A stretch of DNA of 64,000 nt, from the NCBI RefSeq assembly GCF_009914755.1, contig NC_060929.1. One strand, written 5' to 3'. Origin of the DNA: the human T2T-CHM13v2.0 reference genome, Homo sapiens. Every line of letters starts with the position of its first letter. Position 1 is the first letter of the stretch. Of this stretch, positions 1 through 11,843 are shown in pieces. The notes under the pieces are model-generated. The model had not been told where the DNA came from. It saw nothing but the letters and a program-made list of their open reading frames with translations, and searched no databases. The position numbers and the translations under genes were made by a program.

Positions 1-251
1 ATCTGTCACTGTCTCCCATCACCCCAGATGGGACAGTCCAGTTGCAAGAAAACAAGCTCAGAGCTCTCACTGATTCTACATTATGGTGAGCTGTATTTAC
101 AATGTATTTAATAATAAAAATAGAAATATAGTGCACAATAGATGTAATATGCTTGAATCATCTCAAAACCACCCCATACCCGCCTCTCCCTTATGGAAAA
201 AATGTCTTCCACTAAACCAGTCCAGGGTGCCAAAAAGGTTGGGGATCACTG
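1..251 (+). mobile_element. MER1A hAT-Charlie DNA transposon, 3' part (cut by window edge)
   Basis: ATCTGTCACTGTCTCCCATCACCCCAGATGGGAC...GGTGCCAAAAAGGTTGGGGATCACTG matches the remembered MER1A consensus, including its terminal repeat. Confidence 0.85.
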
Positions 252-544
252 GTTTAGAGGATCTATGAGGCTTTGCATAAAATATTAGTAAATGAACTAA
301 TAATAAGGAATTAGACGATCCTTCAAAAGGATTAACAAGAAGAAATAGACAATTACAAAGATGAGGGAGAAACACATGATTACTAGAAATGTATAGGCAA
401 ATGTGAATGAAAAATGCAATTGATGGAAATTAAAAGAACACAATATTAGAAGTAGAAAATCAACAATATACTAAAATCACAGAATACATATAGTGGAAAC
501 TAGAAAATATATCTGAAGAAATTACCTTGTTATGAAGTAAGATA

Positions 545-990
545 TTTTGGACATATTTGGAAAGTATAGCTAACGAGATTTGCTCATGAATTGGAGACAG
601 TTTATAAAAGAAAAAGAGGAATCCAGAATAACTACAAATTGTTTTGATTTAGCAAATGGCAGGATGGAATTGCATTTAAAATGGAGTCGGTTTGGAGGAG
701 GACTACCAGTATTTCACTTCAAGATATGTTAATTCTGATGTATCTGTTAGACACTGCTATTATCAAGTAAGCAATTAGGAAAATAAATCTGAAGATCTGA
801 GAGAGATTCAGACTAGAGAGATACATTTAAGATATGTTTAGTCATCAGTTTATAGGTGATTATTTAAAGCATGAGCTGAAACATGATTGCAAAGGTCATA
901 CTGTGTAGCATAGGTGGGGAAAAGGGAAGTGTCAAAGATCAAGTCCTGGAACATTCCAACACTGAAAGGTGATGGATACAAGGGGAAGAA
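545..990 (-). mobile_element. L2 LINE fragment (degraded)
   Basis: Purine-rich phrases typical of antisense L2 (GGATGGAATTGCATT, GATGTATCTGTTAGACA, AGTCCTGGAACATTCCAAC). Confidence 0.6.
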
Positions 991-1049
991 CAGAAATTGG
1001 AATCTTTTGAATAGGGTGTGATTACACGTATAAAAATTTGTGCCAAGCA

Positions 1050-1150
1050 CAGTAATCTGGTAGTGAGAAAACCTGAGTTTGAGTTTAGGCTTTATTCTAA
1101 TGAAGTAGTTGGCCATGGGCAAATTACTTAGTCTAAAGGAACTCCTCACT
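1050..1150 (+). mobile_element. MIR fragment
   Basis: ACCTGAGTTTGAGTTTAGGCT...CCATGGGCAAATTACTTA resembles the MIR core. Confidence 0.5.
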
Positions 1151-1184
1151 GGTTCTTCACGTAGCTAGTCAGATCCGGTTATCT

Positions 1185-1490
1185 TTTAGGGTCAACTTAA
1201 ACGTCCCTTCTCCACAGAGGTCTCCCCTGTGCATTTTTAACAATCACCCAGCCAAGTTATTCCCTACTAACACTCTTGTTTATTTCATTTGCTGTACATA
1301 ATTCCAGTCTAAATTTGGCCTATGTGTTTACTTATTTAATTTAATTGTATGTCTCCTCTCTCACCACCAGAACAGAAATGTTTACTTTATATAGGTGAGC
1401 TTTTTGCATCTTTCATTATCTATCCTCAATTTCTAGTGTAGTTTCTGGCACAGAATTGCATCAATATATCATGAAGAAAAAAACGAATAA
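1185..1490 (+). mobile_element. L2 3' end
   Basis: GTCCCTTCTCCACAGAGGTCTCCCCTG ... TAGTGTAGTTTCTGGCACAG, typical of the L2a 3' end. Confidence 0.55.
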
Positions 1491-1825
1491 ATTTCCCAAG
1501 AATGAGAAACACTGAACTGAAAACTTGTTTGTGTACCAAAAGACATTCCACCAGCTAAGCAAATTAATTCATATTCTTGGGCATTAAATATTTAGCACGT
1601 TGCTTAACGATTCTCCTCAATTTTCTGAAAAATAAAACCTTTATATTTTTAGAAGTGGACTTTTCAGATTATTAGTGTGTCTTTTCTTCTGTCTGCTTAT
1701 ACCCATTGAGTCCAGACATTTTAAAACATTGCTCAAAAAATTTCTTACTATCTACACAGGAGAAACAACAGTTCTGGAGAGACTGCTAGAGGAATTCTTC
1801 CTCACACAATACATAAGTATGCCTG

Positions 1826-1884
1826 CACACACACAAACACACACACACACACACCCACAAACAGACACCCACCCACACACACAC
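1826..1884. repeat. Imperfect (CA)n microsatellite
   Basis: Directly visible. Confidence 0.9.
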
Positions 1885-2972
1885 TTAAAGGTCATTCTTC
1901 TGCATTCTGAAGCATGTCATAGACTGATAGGTTTGGATTACTTTTCTACCCGCGAAGCCTTTCCACATACCTTTAGAATTGAAATGTTATTACATGCAGC
2001 ACCATATCTAAATTCCTAAGGGAAGTGCTTTGAATTATCCCTATCTCCTGTTCTCTTTGCCACATATATTTAGAATTGCCAAGTATTTGCTTTCATTTGG
2101 CAGATAACTATAACAAAGAAACTCTTTCTGTCATCTCTTTTGCTTTTGCTAATCAGACTCTGTAAATACATGGAGAAGGAATAGTAATAACTTTTGAATA
2201 ATGAGATGTCACGAATTTACACATGTAAATGTGTGCATTTGGTTTTATAAGAACTTATAGAAACAGGAATTTTATCAAACTATCATAAGCAGAAAGCACA
2301 AAGTTATTAAAAAAAGAGAATTCTCACAGGAAATCAAATGATTCTCATGGAGAAACTATGCATTTCCTTAGTAAGGATAGTAAATGACATATTTGCAGCT
2401 CCCTATGTGACCACTCAGCCACATAAATTATTTAAGGACCACCATTGTGACTTTTACAGCTAAATAAACTCTGTGGACGTTTGCTCTCTTATGTGAGTGC
2501 CCCGAATTTATGATCTCTCCATATTTATTTTCCTGAATAAAGGAGCTTTTTAATTATCCTGTGAATTGAAGGATCTCTGGTTATATTATTTATGAGAAAT
2601 AAATTCAGCAAGATTGAAGAATCTTTGAGAATTTCCTTCTAGATTCTCTTTTGACAGATTTAAATTAAAATTTAAGTTTAATATTTTTAATTTGAGAATT
2701 TAAAATTATTTTCTCTTTTCTCAATGTTTAGAGATTTTAACAGCATCTGCCAGCTTAAAGTGAAAGCAACGTGGTTAGTTGGGATCCCTTGAGTCAACTG
2801 ATGTGTTCTTTCTCAGTGACGGGAGGTACACAGTACAATATCATGCTTTACACTTCAGAGGTGATGTCCTGACATTCCTCGAACAACCGGATAGCTAAAA
2901 TCTTCACCAATAGTAGGTTTCTGAATTTTTAGATTTTATCTCTCACTTTTTGAACATACATATGTCTTTTTA

Positions 2973-3525
2973 AGGCATTGAGGATACTTTTCGGGAGTGT
3001 TGTGGCCAGTGGACTGAAAATACCTTGGCCCCTCCAGTGCGGTAGGTGCTTAACCTCGAGGGGTCAAAGAGCAAGGCAACTGGACCTGTACAAGCCCCCA
3101 GGATTAGAGCATGCAACCCAAGTGTGCTGAACTGACCCTTGGTCTCCTGAAATCTTCTAGACATGAAGCCAGTTGACTGAACCCACATTATACCACAGTC
3201 AATTCCACAAGGGCACCAAAGAAAATAAAAGCAAAAACTCATCCAAACGACAGCAGTTTCAAAGATTAAAGGAACATCAGCCCACAAAGGTGAGAAAGAA
3301 TCAGTGCAAAAACTCTGGAAATTCAAAAACTATAGAGTCTTTCTACCACCAAATAACCAGGATAGTTCCCCAGGAATGATTCTTAACAAGGGTGACATGG
3401 CTGGAAGGACAGAGATAGAATTCAGAATCCAGATACGAACAAAGATCATCGAGATTCAGGAGAAGGGCAAAACCCAATCCAAGAAATCTATGGAATCCAG
3501 TAAAATGACACAAGACCCGAAAGTG
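2973..3525 (+). mobile_element. Old primate L1 (L1PA13-16/L1PREC2-like): end of 5'UTR and start of ORF1
   Basis: Translations RKNQCKNSGNSK and EIEFRIQIRTKIIEIQEK resemble the L1 ORF1 N-terminus; frameshifted. Confidence 0.8.
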
Positions 3526-3529
3526 AAAA

Positions 3530-4830
3530 TATCTCAGTAGGTGAGAGGATGGCTTCATAGTCTTTCTCTTGGCATTTCTTATAATTACAGCCCTTATCCA
3601 ACAGTCAGGAAACAAAATAAGGGTTCAGCAGCTGCTAAGTGTATATACCTGAATTATGTGCTCAGAATCTGACAAAATGACCACAGGGTGCATTCATGGA
3701 GATCAAATCTACAATGAGTTGTACTCATGCCATTTTTCCATTTACTATTTAGTCTCTGTCTGGCGTCATGTGGATAGGAGAACTATGATGCTTATTTAGG
3801 CTCCAATGCTCTGCAATTATTGAAACTCCAATCATTGATACTCCATTTTTCTGCAATCATTGAGACTCCAACATTAGTTTCAGCTCAGATCCTGAATAGA
3901 ACTGTCCTCAAAAACACTTTGTATTCCTGTTGCCTCAGTGTACTAGTGCTTGGGTACTGTTACTTATGTAAATTAACTTAGTTCACTTTAGGGATGCCTT
4001 GAGGAAATCATTGCAAAACACACTTGTCATGAGGTTGCAGAGTTCTTTTCTTCATGCTATCTATGTAAAGAGATGCTACAATCTTCTATAAATGGTGTGG
4101 GACAGCTCTGCATGTTCCGAGGGTTGAATAGAACAGAAGATATCCTTCCCAAGTCTCAATGTCTCACTAATCCCATGCTAGGACCCTGAATTTAGTCTAG
4201 GAGGCTTGCTGAGTCCTGGATTAAGACTACTTTGTAATGCTATTACTGTAATAATTTGGGCTTGATTTTCTGCCTAATCTACCTTCCCACTGTAGATTAT
4301 GAATCTCTTTATAGGCCTTCTGGCTTTCACACCATGCCCTTACTTGACTATTGGCTAGGTTGAACTTGCCACTGTAATTCTTTAATACCCATCTAATTCT
4401 GTAATCATTGAGATCACTGTTATCTTCATTTTGCCTGAATACTGGAGATATTACATAAACCAGTGTTTTCTCTTTTAACTATATCACATCTCAATTCACC
4501 ACAGCAATAATGACACTATAGCATGCCAGTGATATCCTTCCTCAACCAACTTACAATCAGCTATGGGATTCTTGTTGCCATCTTACCAATTTGTGCTATT
4601 TTATAACTCTATCCTAAAGATCAGAATTTTAGGGAATTTCTTGTACCAAGTGTCTTAGATTGGGTTTCCCCAGAAACTGATTCTAAGACAGGGGTTTGAG
4701 TGTAATAGTTAATTTGGGAAGCTTGGAAACCCTTGCTAGGAGTTAAGAAGGTGATTCAAATAATGAGAAGCAGTTAAGATGCATTTCAAGATGAAGCTAC
4801 TTGAGCTTAACACCATAGGGAAATTGCGGG
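3530..4830 (-). mobile_element. Ancient ERVL-MaLR: internal region (3530-4650) plus part of an MLT1I/J-like LTR (from 4651)
   Basis: TGTCTTAGATTGGGTTTCCCCAGAAACTGATTCTAAGACAGGGGTTTGAGTG is an MLT1-type LTR end; the adjacent GTACCAAG resembles the MaLR internal boundary. Confidence 0.55.
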
Positions 4831-5499
4831 ACAGAACAAACAAGATGAGTGGCTTCCAGGCCCTCCTATAAATAGAATTCTGGTTGACTTATCAGTTTCC
4901 CAGTTGGATTAAGATATAATCTGGATGTAAGACAAGACCTACGTTAAAATATGAATTAGTATATTTACTTGTTTTTATTCATCTTTTGTCTAAAAAGAAA
5001 AGTTGTATCACATTGTAATTTCTTTACCATATTAGTAAGCATATTTGTTTATACATATTTTTAAATAGATGCGTAATGCAAAATGACTTCCCTTAGATGG
5101 ATTTGTTTATGATGCAATTCTTGCTAAAATTATGTTCAGAGTATTTTATCCTGCAATGACAAAGGAACATTTAATCAATAACCCTGCAGTATTACGTACA
5201 TTTAATTTAATCATCGATTTTTTAGTCATTTTCAGATACCTTATGTTTACAAACTCAAACATTTTGTGTTTGTAGTCACTTAATATCCATGTTAAAACAA
5301 AGGGCAGAAAATCTGTGTGTGGGTGTGTGTATTTTATTTGAAATATGAAGTTGCTTAATTCATAATATATATACTTTAAGGTTAATTCTTTTACTATTCA
5401 TAAAACATGACAGGTCAACTCAATTGGATTATGTAGGATAAAAGGGTCACTGCATAACACTGAAGAGATTTGCAGTAATATCACCACATTTGGTACCAT

Positions 5500-5660
5500 A
5501 GTTTAATAAAAGAGCTTTTTAAGCCATTCAGATATTGTTTTAAATCCCGGTGACATTACTTAAACTCTGAGCCTCCATTTATTAAGCTGCAAAACTGAAA
5601 AGCTTTTGTCTACACTTCTAGATTGTTGTAGAACGAAGTGAGATTTTACATGGTTTTATA
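5500..5660 (+). mobile_element. MIR fragment
   Basis: TTACTTAAACTCTGAGCCTC ... GATTGTTGTAGAACGAAGTGAGAT. Confidence 0.55.
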
Positions 5661-5814
5661 TTTAACTAACTCTTTACTTACCTTCACCTTCTTTTCACAT
5701 GTGCTCTTTAGACCTTTCCTTCCTTCCTTCTCCTTCATTGAGTGAGCAAATTCTGAATGAATCAATGAATGAATGAATGTACTATAAACCATTTAGCAGG
5801 AAACCTTTCAGAGA

Positions 5815-6060
5815 TAATATCAAAAGACAACTTCCAAACTGGAAAAATATTGCAACGTACGTGACACTGCAAGGATTACTTTCCTTAGTATTCAAAATGA
5901 TCATACAAATGGAAAACATAAAAATAGACATTGTTATTAGGAAAATGAGCAAATAATGTAAAAAGGCAATTCATAGAAGAGAAAATACATATTATCAATA
6001 AACATAATGGAATGTATTTAATATCACCAAAGGGACATTTAAATAACTTCTTACCATTCA
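5815..6060 (+). mobile_element. Old L1M (L1ME-like) ORF2 fragment
   Basis: AAAATGAGCAAATAATGTAAAAAGGCAATTCATAGAAGAGAAAATAC resembles degraded L1 ORF2 3' region. Confidence 0.55.
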
Positions 6061-6084
6061 TTAGTTGCTATTAATTACTATCTA

Positions 6085-6464
6085 TTATCCCTCCTAGATT
6101 ATCTACATAGGGCCAACATAATCACAAAGGCTGGAGAGGCAGAGTTATAGGAGGTTTGTAGACATATTATTGTGTGTGTGTGAGAGAGAGAAAAAGCGAG
6201 AGAGAGAGATTTGGAGATACTATGCTGCTGACTCTGAAGATGGAGAAAAGGACCATAAGCCAAAAAATGCGGCAGCCTTTAGAAAGGCAAGGATTCTCTG
6301 TTAGAGTCTCTAGAAGAAATGAAGCTCTGCTAACACCTTGATTTTATTCCGGTAAAATTCATTTTTAACTTCTGACCTTCAGAATTGCAAGATTTTAAAT
6401 TTGTATAGGTTTATGTCACTGAGTTTGTAGCAGTTTGCTAAGGCAGCAATTGGAATCTAATACA
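6085..6464 (+). mobile_element. MLT1D-like MaLR LTR
   Basis: CTATGCTGCTGACTCTGAAGATGGAGAAAAGGACCATAAGCCAA ... GCAGCAATTGGAATCTAATACA terminus. Confidence 0.8.
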
Positions 6465-7599
6465 GACATCTTTATATTTCAGGCCTTTGAGACTAAAGTT
6501 AAGGGATGATTTCAAGTGCTCGGAAAGTACAGCAAATAAGGAAATATCCAGAGCATTGACAGTAGTGGAGTGATTTGCTTGTACCTGATTTATTTGGAGG
6601 CTGGAGCTACAACCTGTGCTCATCAGTGTGACTGAGAGTCCCCAGGTAGGGATTTCAGCTGCAGGCCTCTCTTGAATCAGACTCATTTTCATAAGAACAA
6701 AACAAATTCAACACAAAAAAAGAAAACATGTGAGCGCAATTACATTTTAATTTTTTTTCCTGCTAAGAATCAATGTTAAAACAATTTTACAGTTATACTC
6801 TAAACGTTTTTGCCCTGTGGTCTTGGTCAAAAAAGGACTTCTCAAGATGTCATTCTGCTGTTTCTTATTTTCTCTCCATCTCTGTCTTACATAGCAAATA
6901 TGACCACTCTACAAGTCAAAACAAGATTTTTTTTGACAGTGTTGAAGTTCAATCTTCACTTTAAAAATTAAGTGGTTCTTTCTCCTTCACATCTAGTATA
7001 ACTGATAATAATTATTGAAATATTATATTAGATATCGGATGTGCCCTGCTAATTTAGTTGACAGATGCAACTAAAAAATATGTTGCTTGTCTCTTCCACA
7101 GATAGTCTAATTTCACTGTGACAACAGTAACAATCAGATAGTTCAAGGCTTATAAATAGCTAGAATATATTCTAGGAAATGTTTTAGGAATAGGTAAGAA
7201 AATAAGTAACTTTAGAAGTTACAATAAAATATTATTAATTCATGCTGTCTGTGAGGTTATCAACAATTGTCAGGAAAAAGTAAAATCTATACTAATTTAA
7301 AATAAATACCAATTTGCTCATCTAGAGCATATGCCATAATTCAAACCAACCTAACAAAGTATTACTTTAGGAATCTTTAGCCATGTAATTTAATATGTAT
7401 ATACGGTAGATAAGACCATATAATGGCTTTAGTAAGTTTATTACTATTACCTTTATGGAATTAGATGTTTCTAGAAAATTTCAAATAGTTCGTTTATAAT
7501 GACCTTTAAAGATTGTCTCTATTCTTGGGCATTAAGTTGTGCTGCCTACTAAAATGAGGTCAATTCACCCCAGGTAAAGTTCAAACCATTCCACTGAAA

Positions 7600-7810
7600 A
7601 TTTACGTATAAATGTATGTAAGTGTATGTACATATAAATTACACATAAATGTATGTGTATGTATATAGTATACACACACAGTATATGTATACTATATATA
7701 GATTATGTATATGTGTGTGCATATTACTATATATAGTAATGGTGGATATGTAAATTATGTATGTTTGTATGTATGTATTATATACATACATACACACATA
7801 TATATACACA
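7600..7810. repeat. TA/TG-rich low-complexity tract
   Basis: Directly visible. Confidence 0.8.
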
Positions 7811-7816
7811 TAATTT

Positions 7817-7973
7817 AAATTCTAGGCAACATTTTAAAGCCACAGGAAAACATATAAACACATATACATGTATGTGATATATATAAGCATGTATACACAC
7901 ACACACGTATATGTATATGTATATATGTTTTCCTGTGGCTTCAAAAAGACTTCACAAATGTTGCCTAGAATTT
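7817..7973. repeat. Inverted repeat (fold-back duplication)
   Basis: AAATTCTAGGCAACATTT..AAGCCACAGGAAAACATATA (7817-7856) is the reverse complement of TATATGTTTTCCTGTGGCTT..AAATGTTGCCTAGAATTT (7922-7973), apart from a ~12-nt indel. Confidence 0.9.
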
Positions 7974-9081
7974 TTAAATATGGAGAAACTATTTGAAAAG
8001 CAAATATTTTTTAACATGAAAAGGGGGAAGTAAAATCTTAATAGAGATTATGAGTGTGATCACAGCTTTAAGAAATCTGATAATCACTTTTGTAGATTTA
8101 ACGTTTGCCTTCCTTCTGCTTCAACTTTTGTCCTTAAAATGTCTTTGGCAGTCAGCACTGTCTCCTGTAAACAAACAAATAAACAAACCGATAGAAGAGG
8201 TTCCCTCCAGCCTTGGTGAAAGGAAGCCTGGCTGTTACACCTGAGCTGGGCTCCTCTGCTTCTCTGTGTGACAGCTAATAGCTAATTGCAGTGTCTGCCT
8301 AACGAAGAGTATAGCACTGGGAAATTATGCTCATGACAAGTAGGAAAATGATGCTAAAGCTGAGACACTTGAGAGACTATTCAGTGTGGTGCTGTGGACT
8401 TTTTTGTGTCTCCTTTATACCTGCATCCTGCATACACAATCCTCCCCAGTGACTGCAAGCATCTTGGTCTGCTTTATGTAGCATCTGATAGACACTGAAC
8501 ATGCTGGTTTTATCATAACAAACAAACGCTATAAAAATACTTATTCGTTCGTTCTTTTTTTTTTTTTTTTTCTGCTCCACAATTTACTACTTCAGTCTTC
8601 AGGCGCTCCTCTCTGTGTTAAGTCTATTATCACCTCTTTCAACATCCTTCACTGTCTCTAATTAGGACAGTTTGTTTTTTTTTTCACTTTATCCCTGAAC
8701 TTTGCACCCTCAGCAATAGCTATGCAGTCTCTCTCTTTTTACATTGTATTATGAGTATTATGATCTATGTCTCTATTCTGGACTCTAAACTTTGTGAAGA
8801 ATAGTATAACACTTGATTAATCATTTTAAGCCCAATGCCAAACATAAATAGGTGTTCACGAAAAGTGGTTTGAAGCAGGCTGAACTGAATATTACCCATT
8901 GCCATCTATTTATTTATGGTCTTACCAAAAGTATATTATACTATAGGCATTGATATTATTTTAGAATAACACTTCTGCTTCCTGGATTGGGAGAATAAAT
9001 ATTATTCGATTCTGAGATCAAGTCTCACAGTTTCATCGACAAGCCTGGAACTTCAGTTGCGGTCATTAAGATGGAGCCCTT

Positions 9082-9176
9082 CGTGTCCCCGGGAGGCGGA
9101 GCTTGCAGTGAGCTGAGATCATGCCACTGCACTCCAGCCTGGGCGACAGAGCGAGACTCTGTCTCGAAAAAAAAAA
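9082..9176 (+). mobile_element. Severely 5'-truncated AluY with 14-bp TSD
   Basis: GGCGGAGCTTGCAGTGAG is the AluY diagnostic; A tail; TSD AAGATGGAGCCCTT at 9068-9081 and 9177-9190. Confidence 0.92.
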
Positions 9177-9556
9177 AAGATGGAGCCCTTTTGCATGGTC
9201 CATCCACTTTAGAATGTTATGAGAAATGACTGTGCAGTCAAGATTTCAATGGTAATAATGGCAGTAAGACTAACTTTAGGAACAAAAGAATTTGTTACAA
9301 CGTTATTTATTGGAAGGAATTTACGGAGCTTTGGATGTTCAAGGAGAATACTGGGAAGCTTACGAAGCAAGATGAGAACAACCAAAATCCTTCCACAGTA
9401 AGGATCTGCTCATGATTCTGCCACTGCTACCACCAGCACTGGGTACTTGCAACCACACCTGCATATTTTCACCTCCACAGAACCTCTGCAAAGGAATCAG
9501 AATTTTGCTTGTTCCTTGGAATTATTCAAAGATTCAAAGTTCAAAAGGGATTGTCA

Positions 9557-9928
9557 AAAGTACAGGCAACAAAAGCAAAAATAGACAACTAGAATTGCAA
9601 CAAACTAATAGCTTCTGCACAGCAAATGAAACAGTCACAGAGTGAAGATACAGCTTACAGAATGGGATAAAATATTTGCAAACCATATATCTGATAAAAT
9701 ATTAATATTCAAAATATATAAGGAACTCAACCCAATAATAAGAAAACGAACAAGCCAATTAAAAATGAGCAAATAACCTGAGTAGAAAATTTTCCAAAGG
9801 AGACATACAATGACCAACAGGTATATGAAAAATGTTAAACGTCAGTATTCATTATGAAAATGCAAATCCTAACCGCAATGGGATATCGCCTCACACCTGT
9901 TAGGGTGGCTATTATCTTAAAGATAAAA
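9557..9928 (+). mobile_element. L1MA-like ORF2 3' fragment
   Basis: GGCAACAAAAGCAAAAATAGAC...GCTTCTGCACAGCAAA...CTCACACCTGTTAGGGTGGCTATTATC. Confidence 0.8.
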
Positions 9929-10705
9929 TCATGTTTTTACATTCAGAATTAAGCCAAGCTACTAAACAACACAATTTTTTAATGACATTTCGAGGATTTT
10001 TTGGGGGAAAAGCTGGTTTAATATAGAAAGATAAGGACATATAAATGACTTTTGTGGAAAAAAGAAGAGAAGGATTTTCCATTTTCTTCAGAAAGAAGCT
10101 GAGTACAGGGAGGAAGTAACAACGGAAAGAAGGAGATAAAGATGTACACATGTGTAACTTGCTAGAACCAAAAAATAAAATACAGTGAAGGGAAAGTGGA
10201 GAGAAATATGACACATCGGTATGAAGTAAGCAGAGAAAGCTGCTACTTTAAGCCACTAGGAGTCACAACAGACCCAGAACTATTTTTGATGGAGGTATTA
10301 GCAGCAAGGGTGAGAAATTAATTCTTCATAGGAAGTGCAGGATGATCATAATCCAGAGGACTTTTCTAAACTAGATGTATATTAATCAGACATTGAGTTT
10401 TATATTTATAATGATGTTGGCATTATTTTCTGAACATAATTAATGATTATCAAGAAACAGAGAAACAAAGGAAGTAAGAAAAACATTAGCCGAGTAACCC
10501 ATTAAAACAGTACTCCAAAAATGTTCCCAAGTGTCCTCATGTAACAAATTAAACCCAGATGCCTATTTATTTTTTCTCTCACTTCATATAGATGGATAAT
10601 AAAATATATTTCAAGATGAGTATTAGTATTCTGGAAAAAAGAAAAAACAGTCACCTAAAGTTTTACAATTAACAATTTTGTCTGCACATAAATCTAAGAT
10701 TCTCA

Positions 10706-11430
10706 TGATTGTTATTCGTGCTAGGAGAAGAGTATTCGAGAATTTTTTCTTAAACTTGAGAAGTCCAGATGATCAAAATATAAAAGTTATTTTATAGGTA
10801 TTACCACATTAGCCTTTAAGGCAACTTGATAAATATTTGTAAAATCATTCCTCTTGAGAAATCTCATCTCCCGAATGGCACAAATGCTGGAATTCTGCCC
10901 TTTCTTACTCTCCTTAGTTGGGTATTTTTGCACAGTGCACAACCTGTATAACCGTAAGTGGCTGCTGTCTAAGTACTTTATATACTATTTCAAGGAAAGC
11001 ATTATTTCCCCAACGTAATCATATTAATCCTAATCTATTAATTTATGCATAGGTAAAGATTATCATGTATCATTCATACAATAATAGCATATTTGTGCTC
11101 AACACTCTGGATGTCTTGTTTTATAAAGAAATAGTAACAGTTTTTTCAAACACTTTCTTTATAGCAGGCATTGTGGCTGGACTAAACACACGCACGGCAC
11201 ATATATCATTTTGTGCATATATACTGTATATTATATACATATTATATATTATAAGTTGTATATCATATATACATTATACATGGTATATAAATTATAAATT
11301 TATAAATACATTATATATAATTGTGATTGTTATTCATGCTAGGAGAAGTGTATTTGAGATTTTTGTCTTAATTTGGGAAGTCTGGATGTTTAAATTTTTA
11401 AAATTATTTTTATAGATATTGCCACACATT
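10706..11430 (+). repeat. Two diverged ~105-bp direct repeats (10706-10810 and 11324-11430)
   Basis: TGATTGTTATTCGTGCTAGGAGAAGAGTATTCGAGA... aligns colinearly with TGATTGTTATTCATGCTAGGAGAAGTGTATTTGAGA... Confidence 0.85.
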
Positions 11431-11732
11431 TATATAGATAATTTATTTCTCAAAAAAATCCTCTGAGGATGGTAAACTTTCATATCTTGCCAAAGGAAAT
11501 TTTGTATATTCTTTTCTCCCTCAAGGACATAGTTGTTCCTCAAAAAGATATTTAGAGGTACTCAGAAATTTCTAGTTACCCACATTTCTAATTGTGACTG
11601 ATATTTTGATTCAATTTCTATACTGCTATTTGAGGCATGAGTGTATACTGACATTTCACCCTATTTCTGAAAAGCTGTGTATCTGTGTCAAGGAGACTGC
11701 CCCAGATTATGAATGCCTGAAACTGGAGAATG

Positions 11733-11806
11733 AATATATATATATATAAAATATATATTCATATGTGTGTATATAATTGTATATATGCATATTATATATA
11801 CACATT

Positions 11807-11842
<36 letters not shown>
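11733..11842. repeat. (TA)n/(CA)n microsatellite
   Basis: Directly visible. Confidence 0.9.
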
Positions 11843-11843
<1 letters not shown>

